NCBI GenBank assembly: GCA_964410215.1
Contig: CAYPHA010000043.1
Span: 1 to 36,042, forward strand
Source of the DNA: an uncultured Calditrichota bacterium
Lineage (GTDB): Bacteria > Calditrichota > Calditrichia > Calditrichales > CAYPHA01
Direction of reading: 5' to 3'
Length of the DNA stretch: 36,042 nt
Position numbers and translations under genes: made by a program. How positions within the stretch are numbered: position 1 is the stretch's first letter; every line of letters begins with the position of its first letter. Under the pieces are notes generated by a model. It was not told the DNA's origin, made no database searches, and saw nothing but the letters and a program-made list of their open reading frames with translations. Positions 25,517 through 35,963 of the stretch are shown in pieces.

Positions 25517-28500
25517 GCATCAGGACATGTCACCGAGGGATCAGGCGCTCGATCTCACCAGGAATATTTCGGTTACCGCCGGTGCCGGATCCGGTAAAAC
25601 CCGCATTCTGGTTGACCGTTTTCTAAAAATCGTTCTGGATAATCCGAAGATGATCCGCAGGACACTCGCTATCACTTTTACGGAAAAAGCGGCCGGCGAA
25701 CTCCAGGAACGGATCGCACTGGAAATAAATGAAAAAATCAGCGCCGCGGATAGTAAGGAAGAAAAAAACAGGCTCCTTTATATCCGTGACCATCTCAATT
25801 CCGCTTACATATCGACCATACACGGATTCTGCTCAAAAATACTGCATGAATTTCCTTTTGAATCCGGTGTTTCCCCGGATTTCAAAGTGCTGGAGGACCT
25901 GGAACGAGCCATGATGATCCGCAATGCCATCCGTCAAAAAATGGAAAGCATCGATATCCTGACCGACCCGGAAGCGGTTTCACCCTGGTATGATTTTTTC
26001 AGGTATATATCCAGGACTGCCACCGAGAACATTCTTGAAAAGTTAATCGGCAAACCCTATGAAATGGAATGCATTCTTGACCGGTTTGCAGGTATGACAG
26101 AATCCGATTATATCCGATTATTGGAGAAGAAGTGGCGTGAGATTTTCGATGCCCTGTTCGATGATCGCGAACTCCGGCGCATGCATGAAATGATACAAAC
26201 CATTCTGACCGGCATGAGCACAGACCCCGCTTCGGACAAGGGACGCATCGTCCTGGACGCCCTTCGCGCCTATCGCGATGCATTTGAAGAGAACCGGGAC
26301 AGCCTTCATGCCCGCGCGCATTTCATCACATTAATCCGGATATTTACAAAAAAGGACGGCACGGCTTACTCCAATCTTTCCCAACTGGGTGGCAAAAACG
26401 AATGGGACGAGGTGAGCAGGGAGAATCTACTGGCTCTCAGCCATGAGGCCGGTGCTTTATATGACAGGCTTCACGGGTCTGATCCGGGGCCCCTCCCTGG
26501 TGAAATCGACCGGCAGTGGTTTTCGGTGATGCGGCGATTCTTCACCCTTTACAAAGACGCATACGGTACATTCCAAACCCTCAAACTGGAGAGCGGTGCG
26601 GTCGATTTCGATGACCTGCAATTATTCACCCTGAGATTACTGGATAACGACCGGATCCGTAATGAGCTCAGCGGCCGCTTTGATGCCATTCTGGTAGATG
26701 AATTTCAGGACACCGATCGCCTGCAATGGAATATTATTAAGCGCCTGTCTGAAGAGGACGGTAGTCTCAGCAGCTCAAAACTCTTCATTGTGGGCGATCC
26801 CAAACAGTCCATTTACGGTTTTCGAAACGCCGATATCCGGGTGTTCAGGGAGGTCAAACAGCTATTTGCCGATAAGGCATCCGCTGCTGATGCGGATGCC
26901 TATGAAGGTAATATCACTTTTCCTGAAAGTTACCGCTTTTTGCCCCGGCTGAATGCCTTCATCAATTACCTTTTTTCTCAAATACTCATAGAATCTCCGG
27001 TTAATCCCTATGAGGTTGGTTATAATCCGCTTACTTCAAAAAGGGAACTGCCCGGAACCGGTGAAACGGAAATCGCCCTGTTTTCTGATGAGGAGGAGAA
27101 AACCGATCAGGAAACACAATTTATCGTTACCAGAATACGTGACATGAAGAATGACGGCAAATGCTGTTATATCTGGGATAAGGGGGAACAATTTCAGCCG
27201 GTCCGTTATGGTGATATCGCCATCCTGTTGCGAAGCCGGACCAACCTGCTGGATATTGAACAGTCCCTGCGTTCAGCCGGCATCCCATTCAAAACCGTAG
27301 GCGGTATCGGATTCTGGCAGCGCCAGGAAATATTTGATTTCTACCATTTGCTTCGTTTCCTGAGCAATCCGGCAGATAACCTGGCCATGGTGGCCGTGCT
27401 CAGGTCCCCCATGTTCATGATACCGGACACATCCATCTACGCACTCTCCAGGGAAAACGGGGACACCTGGATAGAGAAATTAACCCGGGCTGCTTTTGAA
27501 AAGGATTTTCCCGACATGGAAGACAAGAAGATCCTTTTGAATGCCAGGGAGCATTTAGTGAAGTGGCTGGGACTGAGAGATCGCATTCCGCTTTCCGATC
27601 TGCTGTTCACCATAATGGAAGACACTTCCCTGAAAGCCATACTCTCCGCGGAGCTGAACGGTGAACAGCTCGCAGCCAATCTGGATAAATTGATCGGACT
27701 CGCGCAATCCTTTGATTATTCCGGTCTGGGCGGTTTAAGTGATTTCATTGCCAACATCGATGATCTGATCACCAATGAGATTCAGGAAGCCGAAGCCCTT
27801 GTCGACCTGGAAGATATGAATACGGTAAAAATAATGACCATTCACGCATCCAAGGGGCTTCAATTCCCGGTCGTCTTTGTCCCCTTTCTCAATACCCAGC
27901 CACGCGGAAATCGGGATCCCTTTTTTATTGACAGCGATCTTGGATTCGCCGCCAGGATCAGGCAACCGGGCAGCGGGAATAACCTCCATGAACATGCGCT
28001 CTACCATTTGTTGAAAATGCGACAAAAACAGAAAGACCTGGCAGAGTCGAAGCGCCTGTTTTATGTGGCGGCTACACGGTCAAGTAACCTGTTATTCCTC
28101 AGTGCCACCCTTAATAATAAAATCAAACCGGATTCCGCTCTGGAATGGCTTCATGCCTGTTTCGCCGGGAAAGGAATGAATATTCTGGAAGAAACGGTGA
28201 TAGAAGAATCCGACTTCCGTGTGCGTTTACACCACCATCTCCCTGAAGCGGATAAGGCGGATGGAACTCAATCTGCTTTTTTCAAGGACATCGAAATTCT
28301 CAGGGAACATGTTTCCATATCCGAAGCTTCCGGCGATGCATCCTACATGCGGGCCATCGAAAGTCCCATCCGGGGAAGAATGTTCTCGGCGACCATGATA
28401 ATGACTTTCCTAAAGGATCCGAAAGCCTACTATGAGCGCTACCATCTCGGTTTCTTTGAAGGGGATTATGAACTATTCAGCGCGGATGAACGACCGGACG

Positions 28501-29069
28501 ATTTTGCTCTGGTTCTTGGTAAACTGGTTCATCGATATCTCGAAAAATGGCAGACCAGCGTAACAGATCGCAGCCGTCGTATCGAATCCCTGTTTTTTGA
28601 ATTCGATGTTCTCGATCCTGAAATTCAGATTCACATGCAATCGGAGATGCAAGCGCTTCTCGATAAACTGGTACATTCCGCCCATGCGGACCGAATTCTC
28701 GTTGCTTCCGGAGGCAGGAATGAAGTCAGTGTAACAACCCGTATAAACAGCGATTATTTAACAGGAACGCTGGACCGAGTCATTCAGAATTCAGATGGCC
28801 TCTGGGAGGTGGTCGATTACAAAACCAATCGTGTTACTCCCGGAACACTTGAGCAAATTGCAGCCCGTTATGACTGGCAGATAAAAACCTATGCCCTGCT
28901 TCTCAGCCGGCTCTATCCGGATCAGGAAGTTTTTCCGGTCAGCCTTTTCTTCGTTAAACCCGACCTGCTGCATATACGCCGTTTTTCAGGAGAGGATATT
29001 GCTGCTATCGAGGATCAGTTTATCGGGATCATCGACAATATCAAAGAAACGATGACCATTGACATCTAG
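25509..29069 (+). CDS. addA: AddA-like UvrD/Rep-family helicase with C-terminal PD-(D/E)XK nuclease domain
   Basis: Walker A TAGAGSGKT. Motif II ILVDEFQDTD. Motif III FIVGDPKQSIYGFRNAD. Later helicase motifs (VKIMTIHASKGLQFPVVFV; YVAATRSSNLLFLS). C-terminal nuclease motif WEVVDYKTNR. 1186 aa. Confidence 0.85.
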   Translation: MNKHQDMSPRDQALDLTRNISVTAGAGSGKTRILVDRFLKIVLDNPKMIRRTLAITFTEKAAGELQERIALEINEKISAADSKEEKNRLLYIRDHLNSAYISTIHGFCSKILHEFPFESGVSPDFKVLEDLERAMMIRNAIRQKMESIDILTDPEAVSPWYDFFRYISRTATENILEKLIGKPYEMECILDRFAGMTESDYIRLLEKKWREIFDALFDDRELRRMHEMIQTILTGMSTDPASDKGRIVLDALRAYRDAFEENRDSLHARAHFITLIRIFTKKDGTAYSNLSQLGGKNEWDEVSRENLLALSHEAGALYDRLHGSDPGPLPGEIDRQWFSVMRRFFTLYKDAYGTFQTLKLESGAVDFDDLQLFTLRLLDNDRIRNELSGRFDAILVDEFQDTDRLQWNIIKRLSEEDGSLSSSKLFIVGDPKQSIYGFRNADIRVFREVKQLFADKASAADADAYEGNITFPESYRFLPRLNAFINYLFSQILIESPVNPYEVGYNPLTSKRELPGTGETEIALFSDEEEKTDQETQFIVTRIRDMKNDGKCCYIWDKGEQFQPVRYGDIAILLRSRTNLLDIEQSLRSAGIPFKTVGGIGFWQRQEIFDFYHLLRFLSNPADNLAMVAVLRSPMFMIPDTSIYALSRENGDTWIEKLTRAAFEKDFPDMEDKKILLNAREHLVKWLGLRDRIPLSDLLFTIMEDTSLKAILSAELNGEQLAANLDKLIGLAQSFDYSGLGGLSDFIANIDDLITNEIQEAEALVDLEDMNTVKIMTIHASKGLQFPVVFVPFLNTQPRGNRDPFFIDSDLGFAARIRQPGSGNNLHEHALYHLLKMRQKQKDLAESKRLFYVAATRSSNLLFLSATLNNKIKPDSALEWLHACFAGKGMNILEETVIEESDFRVRLHHHLPEADKADGTQSAFFKDIEILREHVSISEASGDASYMRAIESPIRGRMFSATMIMTFLKDPKAYYERYHLGFFEGDYELFSADERPDDFALVLGKLVHRYLEKWQTSVTDRSRRIESLFFEFDVLDPEIQIHMQSEMQALLDKLVHSAHADRILVASGGRNEVSVTTRINSDYLTGTLDRVIQNSDGLWEVVDYKTNRVTPGTLEQIAARYDWQIKTYALLLSRLYPDQEVFPVSLFFVKPDLLHIRRFSGEDIAAIEDQFIGIIDNIKETMTIDI

Positions 29070-29176
29070 TATTGCCCGGAACCGGATAAAATGACTATCT
29101 TCCGAAACCTAATGAATGTAACAAATATCTCGTCTTCTCGTAGGTTACTGATATAAAAAACAAGACGCAGAATTAA

Positions 29177-30280
29177 ATGGAACTTTCTAAACGACACCTG
29201 TTCGTCTGTCTGCTCCTGGTAGCGCTGGCTGCCAATTGTGGTTTCAGCCAGGAGCAAAAAATACGAAAATATACCCATCATACAATCGATGGTTTCCGAA
29301 ATCCGGCGAAGGATTTTGAAAAGCGGAAAACCAAGGATCTGTTAAAATTAATGGTCTGGGAGGGACTCATTCAATCAAAGCCTGATTCCCTGCCGGACTA
29401 CCCCCTGGAACGCGTTGAGAATGACGGCTCCCTGCTTCGCAACAACACGTCAGACATCACCGTCACGTGGGTCGGCCATTCCACCCTTCTGTTCCAGGTG
29501 GACGGTATCAACATTTTAACCGATCCGGTCTGGAATGATCGCGCGTCGCCGGTATCTTTCGCCGGTCCAAAGCGTAAAGTGCCTCCGGGCATCGGGTTTA
29601 CCGAGCTTCCGCAAATCGACATCGTGCTGATATCGCATAACCATCATGATCACCTGGATAAACAGACGATTAAGCGTCTTGGCAGTAAACCGTTATATGT
29701 TATACCGCTTGGTGTAGGCTCCTTTTTCGAAGCGCTCGGCATTACACATTACACGGAACTCGATTGGTGGGATTCCATCCGGATCAACAATCTGGAATTT
29801 ATTGCGACACCTGCGCAGCATTTTTCAGGCCGGACATTATTCGACAAGGACAAGACGCTGTGGTGCGGATGGATGTTTTCCGGAAAACGGTTTCGTATCT
29901 ATTTTGCCGGCGACACCGGCTATTTCGAGGGTTTTAAAGAAATCGGCGAACGTTACGGTCCCATCGATCTGGCCGCTCTGCCGATCGGCGGTTACAGCCC
30001 GGCATGGTATAATGAAGCGGTGTACATGAATCCCGTTCAGGCGATCGATGCGTTCGATGATCTCGGGGCGAAACGATTCCTGCCGGTGCACTGGGGCACC
30101 TTCCCTATCGGCCAGGAACCCATCAATGAGCCGGTTATCCTTTTAAAAAAGGAGATAAAGAACCGTAAATTAAATGAGGAAGATTTTTTAATTCTGAAGC
30201 ACGGTGAAACCCGCATTTTAGAAAGCGTAAGAGCCGACAGTGTCCCAATGTCGTCAGAAGCAGAGAAGATATCAGATTAA
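29177..30280 (+). CDS. MBL-fold metallo-hydrolase (NAPE-PLD/Zn-dependent hydrolase-like) with signal peptide
   Basis: Signal peptide MELSKRHLFVCLLLVALAANCGFS. Metallo-beta-lactamase motif ISHNHHDHLD (HxHxDH). Downstream His/Asp ligands (FAGDTGY, HWGTFP). Confidence 0.75.
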   Translation: MELSKRHLFVCLLLVALAANCGFSQEQKIRKYTHHTIDGFRNPAKDFEKRKTKDLLKLMVWEGLIQSKPDSLPDYPLERVENDGSLLRNNTSDITVTWVGHSTLLFQVDGINILTDPVWNDRASPVSFAGPKRKVPPGIGFTELPQIDIVLISHNHHDHLDKQTIKRLGSKPLYVIPLGVGSFFEALGITHYTELDWWDSIRINNLEFIATPAQHFSGRTLFDKDKTLWCGWMFSGKRFRIYFAGDTGYFEGFKEIGERYGPIDLAALPIGGYSPAWYNEAVYMNPVQAIDAFDDLGAKRFLPVHWGTFPIGQEPINEPVILLKKEIKNRKLNEEDFLILKHGETRILESVRADSVPMSSEAEKISD

Positions 30281-31624
30281 GTATTTCAGTGAAATCGTCG
30301 TAATCGAAAGATAAATAAGTAAACCGATAATATCGTTGGATGTCGAAACAAACGGTGCCGCCGCCAGTGCGGGATCAATTTTGAGTCGTTTGAAAGTCAG
30401 TGGCACCAGGGCCCCGATAATCGCCGCGTTATTAATGACAATGAACATGGATAGAGACAGTACCGCTGCAAAAGGCCAGCCGTCCCAGAAAAAGACAATA
30501 GTAAACAATAATAAAGAAAAGAAAAAACTGTTAATAATCGAAATTTTAAACTCTTTGAACAAACGGCTGCGTGTATCCCGCAGATCGATATCACCGGTAG
30601 CCAGGCCGCGAACAACAATAACACTGGACTGCTGACCGGTGGATCCGCCCATGGCCATGATAATCGGTATGAAAAAAGCGGTGATAACAATTTGAGAAAG
30701 TGTTGCCGAGAAGGATTGAAGGATAAAGGCCGCCAGTATTTCACCGATAAAGGCTACCAACAACCACGGCAAACGGGCCCGTGACAGTAAAAAAGGCGAC
30801 TCCTCGAGAATTTCTTCATCCGGTGCACCGGCAATGCGGGCAATATCTTCCGAACCCTCCTCTTCCAGAACATCCACAATATCGTCGACCGTAATACGAC
30901 CCACAATCTTGTCGTCTTTATCAACAACCGGGGCACTGATCAGATCATATTTGCGGAATTCATTAGCCACCTCTTCCTGGTCCATCTCCGTTTTGATGGT
31001 CACAAATTCCACATCCATGATTTCCCGGAGTGTCGTATACCCTTTTGCGAGCACCAGGTCCGTAAGCGAAACCGACCCGACCAGATGTTCATGGTCATCG
31101 ACGACCCAGACATTATACAGATCGTCCATCTCTTCATGTACATCCCGGATGCGTTCAATCGTTTCGTTTACAGTCGCCGATTCAGGCATGGAGAGGAACT
31201 CCAATGCCATGATACCGCCGGCTGAATCATCTTTGTAATGGAGTAGTTCGCGGACTTCCTGCGAGCCTTCTTCCTCCATATGGTACAGTACTTTCCGGGC
31301 TACTTCCGTGGGCAACTCAGCAACGATATCCGCCGCATCATCCGAATCCATTTGATCCACAATGGTCGAAATCTTTTGCTCGGTAGTTTCCTCAAGGACC
31401 TGTTCCACAAGCGGGGTATCCAGCTCGATTAAAACCTCGCTGGCCAGATCGGTCGGCAGAAGATGGAAGATGTACTTGCGTTCTTCCTTCTTGAGGCGAT
31501 TGAGAATATCCTCTATATCGGCAGGGTGCATATCAATGAGGATATTCAACAGTGCACCATCCTGCTGTTTTTCTATGAGGTCGTCTATATCCTCAACAAT
31601 GCTGTCAAAATCAATATTAGGCAT
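30272..31624 (-). CDS. mgtE: Magnesium transporter MgtE
   Basis: 450 aa. N-terminal MgtE_N acidic helical domain (…MHPADIEDILNRLKKEERKYIF…), tandem CBS domains, and a C-terminal 5-TM domain with the conserved PVVDKDDKIVGRITVDDIVDVL region. The 3' end overlaps the convergent MBL gene by 9 nt. Confidence 0.9.
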   Translation of the reverse strand: MPNIDFDSIVEDIDDLIEKQQDGALLNILIDMHPADIEDILNRLKKEERKYIFHLLPTDLASEVLIELDTPLVEQVLEETTEQKISTIVDQMDSDDAADIVAELPTEVARKVLYHMEEEGSQEVRELLHYKDDSAGGIMALEFLSMPESATVNETIERIRDVHEEMDDLYNVWVVDDHEHLVGSVSLTDLVLAKGYTTLREIMDVEFVTIKTEMDQEEVANEFRKYDLISAPVVDKDDKIVGRITVDDIVDVLEEEGSEDIARIAGAPDEEILEESPFLLSRARLPWLLVAFIGEILAAFILQSFSATLSQIVITAFFIPIIMAMGGSTGQQSSVIVVRGLATGDIDLRDTRSRLFKEFKISIINSFFFSLLLFTIVFFWDGWPFAAVLSLSMFIVINNAAIIGALVPLTFKRLKIDPALAAAPFVSTSNDIIGLLIYLSITTISLKYLI

Positions 31625-32411
31625 CGGCTGACCGGATAAGATGGTTTAGTTCATTGGAAAGTAATATGAATTCATCGACTGTCAAATTTTCCGGACGTCG
31701 GTCAATACTGACAGTAGTTAGGGAATATACAATACTTTTTTCAAAAATTCTAATTAAACTATTGCGCAGCATTTTCCTTCTGTAATTGAAACTGGTACGT
31801 ACGACCTTCCGGAACAATGGCGGATTATCAAGACCATCCACCTTTTTAAACTGCATACGGAACACGGCGGAATCAACCCCCGGAACCGGGTAAAAATTGC
31901 CGCGACTGACCGTAAACAACCATTCCACCCGGGCGTAAACCTGACACAAAACAGAAAGAATGCCGTATTCCTTGCTGTCCGGCCCGGAGACAATACGCCG
32001 GGCTACTTCTTTTTGGGTCATAAAAACAGCAGTTTGTGCACATTCCGCATGATCGAGAATATGAAATAAGATCGGGCTGGTCACATGATAGGGTAAATTA
32101 CCGATAAGCTTTACAGGGTCCCTCTGTTGACGGAACCAGTCGTAACCGAGAAAATCCCCATGCACAATGTGCACGGTATCCGCATAGTTTTCACGCAATT
32201 CCAGCACCCAGCGTTCATCAATTTCAACGAGCGTTAACTGTTTCGGTTTTTCATTGACCAGATGTTGTGTAAGGGCACCTTTTCCCGGACCGATTTCGAT
32301 AACCGAATCCTGCCGGTCAATTTCCAGGGCTGTTACAATCTCGCGGGCAAAGTGAGTATTGGTCAGAAAATTCTGGCTCAGCCGTTTTTTTGGATGTCGT
32401 TCCGGGTTCAT
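31617..32411 (-). CDS. rsmA: 16S rRNA (adenine1518-N6/adenine1519-N6)-dimethyltransferase
   Basis: N-terminal KKRLSQNFLTNTHFAREIV and SAM-binding IEIGPGKGALTQHL are KsgA/RsmA signatures. 264 aa. Overlaps the mgtE start by 8 nt, consistent with an operon. Confidence 0.9.
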   Translation of the reverse strand: MNPERHPKKRLSQNFLTNTHFAREIVTALEIDRQDSVIEIGPGKGALTQHLVNEKPKQLTLVEIDERWVLELRENYADTVHIVHGDFLGYDWFRQQRDPVKLIGNLPYHVTSPILFHILDHAECAQTAVFMTQKEVARRIVSGPDSKEYGILSVLCQVYARVEWLFTVSRGNFYPVPGVDSAVFRMQFKKVDGLDNPPLFRKVVRTSFNYRRKMLRNSLIRIFEKSIVYSLTTVSIDRRPENLTVDEFILLSNELNHLIRSADA

Positions 32412-32435
32412 TCGCTTCCGGATGGTATGGATTAT

Positions 32436-33203
32436 TTAAAGATTGATATTAAATAGTTTTCCGGCATTTTCACTGGTTGCTTCGGCCAGTTTTTCGAGAC
32501 TGATTTTTCGTATCTCGGAAATTTTTCGTGCTGTATGAACAATAAAAGCCGGTTCATTTCGTTTGCCTCTGAGCGGTGTCGGAGAGAGAAAAGGACTGTC
32601 TGTCTCAAGAAGAAGGCGTTCCAGTGGCACCTGCCCGATCAGTGGTGCGGCAGTGCTTTTCTTATAGGTTACGGCGCCGGTGAAAGAAATGTGAAAATTC
32701 GTGAGAAGAATTTTTTCCAGAAATGGCAAATCACCGGTAAAAGAATGCAGAACACCGCCTACTTCCGTCGCTCCTCCGGAAATGATGGTGTCATAAACAT
32801 CTTCATGCGAGTCTCTGTTATGCACGATAATGGGCAGGTTCCGCTCGCGGGCCAGTTCAATTTGACGTTTAAAAACGCTGATTTGCTGTTCTTTCGATGC
32901 CTTCATGTGGTAGTAATCGAGTCCGATTTCACCGATGGCGACGACCTTTTCGTGTCCCGATAATTCGCTTATTACATCAAAGTCCGCTTCAGTAGCATCC
33001 GCACAGTCCGTTGGATGGATGCCTACAGCGGCGTATACCGGCACATATTTTTCGGCAAGCTCGATGGCCCGGCGGGAAGAAGGGACATCAACACCGATAG
33101 TAATAATAGCCGACACTTTACTTTCGATGGCATGTTGAATAACCAGTTCCCGGTCCTCATTATACGATTCGAAATCCAGATGCGCATGTGTATCAACAAA
33201 CAT
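32436..33203 (-). CDS. tatD: TatD/YcfH-family metal-dependent DNase/hydrolase
   Basis: MFVDTHAHLDF start (HxH metal site) and GEIGLDYYH motif. Conserved His/Asp (VLHSFTG, LLLETDSPFL). 255 aa. Confidence 0.9.
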   Translation of the reverse strand: MFVDTHAHLDFESYNEDRELVIQHAIESKVSAIITIGVDVPSSRRAIELAEKYVPVYAAVGIHPTDCADATEADFDVISELSGHEKVVAIGEIGLDYYHMKASKEQQISVFKRQIELARERNLPIIVHNRDSHEDVYDTIISGGATEVGGVLHSFTGDLPFLEKILLTNFHISFTGAVTYKKSTAAPLIGQVPLERLLLETDSPFLSPTPLRGKRNEPAFIVHTARKISEIRKISLEKLAEATSENAGKLFNINL

Positions 33204-33245
33204 AAAACAACCTTTTCTTTTGCAGGTACAGGTCTATACCTGTTT

Positions 33246-35318
33246 TCAACCGATTTTGGCCCCTGAAGGAATCTCTTTATCAATGGTCAGCAGTGACAAA
33301 GCCTCTCCTGACCTGGCCGCAAGTAACATCCCCTGCGATTCAATACCACGTAATGTTACCGGTTCGAGATTGGCGACCAGTATGATTTTTTTACCGGTAA
33401 GTTCATCCGCTTTATAATGCTGTGCAATTCCGGCCACTATCTGCCGTTCTTCATTCCCAACCTTCAGGCGCAATTTCAGTAACCGGTCGGTCTTTTTAAC
33501 CGGTTCCGCACCCAATACTTCGGCGACACGCAGATCAACTTTACCGAAATCGTCAATGTTAATTACATTTGCGGACTCCGGATCGGCCTGTTCATCTTCC
33601 TCATTTCCTTTCAGAGCGGACTGCAGTTTTTCAATTTCCTGCCCAATGACATCATCTTCCAGTTTATGAAACAATATCCGTGGTTTATCTACAGGCTGCC
33701 CTGCCTGTAATGCCATTTTTCCGGCTTCCGGCCAGGCTGGCTTACCCCGGAGGCCAAGCATATTACGGATTTTTTCTGAAGTGAAGGGCAGCACGGGTTC
33801 AGATAACACGGATAAAGCGGATACCGTTTGCAGGCACAGGTTCAGCGTCGTGGCACAGGAATCCGGATCGGATTTGCGGGCCTTCCAGGGTTCTTTATCA
33901 TTAAAATATTTATTAGCAAAACGGGCCAGATCCATGAATTCCTTAACATAAGCCTTGAACTGGAACTGATCGATTAATGTTCCGAGGCGGGAAGGAGCTT
34001 CTTTCAGTTTTTCCACAAGCTGCTGATCGAGCTGATCGAAACGGCCTGCAGGAGGCACAACCCCGTCATAATACTTATGCGTAAACGTGACACTCCGGTT
34101 AATAAAATTGCCCAGGATGTCCGCCAGTTCATTGTTGTGACGTGCCTGAAAATCCTTCCATGAGAAGTCGGTATCACGCGCTTCAGGCAGGTTCCTGGCT
34201 AAAACATACCGTAAGGAATCCGCATCAAACGTTTCAAGGTATTCATCCAGCCAGACGGCATAATTACGACTGGTGGAGAGCTTGTTACCCTCGAGGTTAA
34301 GAAATTCATTTGCCGGCACATTTTCCGGTATGACAAAATCACCGTGCTCCATCAGCATCGCCGGAAATATCAGACAGTGGAAAACAATATTGTCCTTGCC
34401 GATAAAGTGGATTAATCTGGTCGACTTATCCTGCCAGTATTCCTTCCACCTGTCCGGATCACCCTTCTGTAACGCCCACTGCTTGGTTGCCGAAATATAA
34501 CCGATCGGTGCATCAAACCAGACATAGAGCACTTTACCACCCGCGTCAACACGGTGTCTGGCAGCCACATCTTCCGGAACCGCCACCCCCCAGGGGAGAT
34601 CACGGGTAACCGCCCGGTCCTTCAAACCTTCATTCAGCCAGCTGTTCACCTGTCCAAGTACATTGGATTTCCATTCCGGATGGCCGTCGATCCATTTTTT
34701 CAGCTTTTCCTGCACACCAGACAGGGGCAGATACCAGTGTGTGGTTTCCTTAAGCACCGGTTCCGCATTCGTAATGGCGCTTCGCGGTTTGATGAGGTCC
34801 CGCGGACTCAAAGAAACCCCGCAGCTTTCACACTGATCACCATAAGCATCTTCATAGCCGCATGCGGGGCAGGTACCACGAATAAAACGGTCTGCCAGGA
34901 ACATGCCGGCTTCCGGATCAAAAAGCTGCTCCTCGGACTTCAATATAAAATGATCCTTCTCATCCAGACGCCTGAAAAAATCCTGACTGGTCTCATGATG
35001 AATTTTCTCCGATGTCCGTCCGTAATAGTCAAAGCTCATCCCGAAAGCTTCAAAACTGTTTTTATTCTTTTGATGGTAATAATCGACAATTTTCTGCGGA
35101 TGTACATCCTGGCTTCTTGCCTTTAGCATGATCGGTACACCGTGCTCATCGGAGCCACATATAAATACGATGTCAGAACCGCGCAGACGGTGATAGCGGA
35201 CGTAGATATCCGCCGGCAGGTAAGCACCGGCAAGATGGCCCAGGTGGATGGGTCCGTTTGCATAAGGCAGTGCGCTTGTAACCAGGATTTTTTCAGACAA
35301 CTTGTACTCCAATTTCAA
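33246..35318 (-). CDS. metG: Methionine--tRNA ligase with C-terminal tRNA-binding (EMAP/Trbp111-like) domain
   Basis: HIGH motif ALPYANGPIHLGHLAG. Zinc knuckle CPACGYEDAYGDQCESCG. KMSKS variant KLSTSRN. C-terminal OB-fold DLRVAEVLGAEPVKKTDRLLKLRLKVGNEERQIVAGI. 690 aa. Confidence 0.95.
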   Translation of the reverse strand: MKLEYKLSEKILVTSALPYANGPIHLGHLAGAYLPADIYVRYHRLRGSDIVFICGSDEHGVPIMLKARSQDVHPQKIVDYYHQKNKNSFEAFGMSFDYYGRTSEKIHHETSQDFFRRLDEKDHFILKSEEQLFDPEAGMFLADRFIRGTCPACGYEDAYGDQCESCGVSLSPRDLIKPRSAITNAEPVLKETTHWYLPLSGVQEKLKKWIDGHPEWKSNVLGQVNSWLNEGLKDRAVTRDLPWGVAVPEDVAARHRVDAGGKVLYVWFDAPIGYISATKQWALQKGDPDRWKEYWQDKSTRLIHFIGKDNIVFHCLIFPAMLMEHGDFVIPENVPANEFLNLEGNKLSTSRNYAVWLDEYLETFDADSLRYVLARNLPEARDTDFSWKDFQARHNNELADILGNFINRSVTFTHKYYDGVVPPAGRFDQLDQQLVEKLKEAPSRLGTLIDQFQFKAYVKEFMDLARFANKYFNDKEPWKARKSDPDSCATTLNLCLQTVSALSVLSEPVLPFTSEKIRNMLGLRGKPAWPEAGKMALQAGQPVDKPRILFHKLEDDVIGQEIEKLQSALKGNEEDEQADPESANVINIDDFGKVDLRVAEVLGAEPVKKTDRLLKLRLKVGNEERQIVAGIAQHYKADELTGKKIILVANLEPVTLRGIESQGMLLAARSGEALSLLTIDKEIPSGAKIG

Positions 35319-35465
35319 TGTTTGTTTTCAGAACTGAGGCAGAAAATTTACAAGAGTTGTTTCTTATATGCAACTGTCCGGGAATGACAGTTGTTTATTT
35401 CCCGTTTGCAATTGTCTGACAGAACATTTATAATCCACAAGCGGAGTACAATAACGGCCTTGACG

Positions 35466-35963
35466 ATGCGTACTATCTATATATTGACCGGCCCTACCGG
35501 GTCGGGAAAAACAACCAATCTGAAGTTCTGGTGTGAACGTCATGCTGAAAGCAGTGGGATTCTTTCACCTCTGATTAAGGGAAAGCGCCATTTTTACGAT
35601 CTCCATTCAAAGGAAACCTTTGCAATGGAGCTTCCCGAAGAAACAGGGAAACCGCTCAGGGTTGGCAAATTCCTTTTTGATCCGGCTTCATTCGCATGGG
35701 CTTCCCGCAAACTGAAGGATGCGGTCAAACAACAGCGCCCGTGGCTCGTTATTGATGAAATCGGTCCGCTGGAGCTTTCGGGAAAAGGACTTGCCCCTGC
35801 ATTGGAGTATGTATTGTCCCGGTCCATGAAAACAGATGCACATCTTATTCTGATTGTAAGGGAGCAGTGTGTCGAAGAGGTGTTAAGCCGGTTTGAAATT
35901 GACACAGAGCCCTTGAAAATCATCACACTCAGCGATTTAAAATATCTTGATCCCGGTATATGA
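35466..35963 (+). CDS. P-loop NTPase, THEP1/DUF265-like nucleoside-triphosphatase
   Basis: Walker A ILTGPTGSGKTT directly after M at 35466. Walker B-like WLVIDEIGPLEL, as in THEP1-type NTPases. The listed ORF has an unconserved-looking 25-aa N-terminal extension (start 35391); the true start is uncertain. Confidence 0.55.
   Translation: MRTIYILTGPTGSGKTTNLKFWCERHAESSGILSPLIKGKRHFYDLHSKETFAMELPEETGKPLRVGKFLFDPASFAWASRKLKDAVKQQRPWLVIDEIGPLELSGKGLAPALEYVLSRSMKTDAHLILIVREQCVEEVLSRFEIDTEPLKIITLSDLKYLDPGI

Noticed and set aside
29070-29176. Weak inverted repeat AACCTA...TAGGTT after addA
   Set aside because: Only 6-bp arms with a loop of more than 30 nt and no T-tract. It is indistinguishable from chance.
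31617-31700. Possible M-box riboswitch upstream of mgtE
   Set aside because: The mgtE start overlaps the rsmA coding sequence, so there is no leader space.
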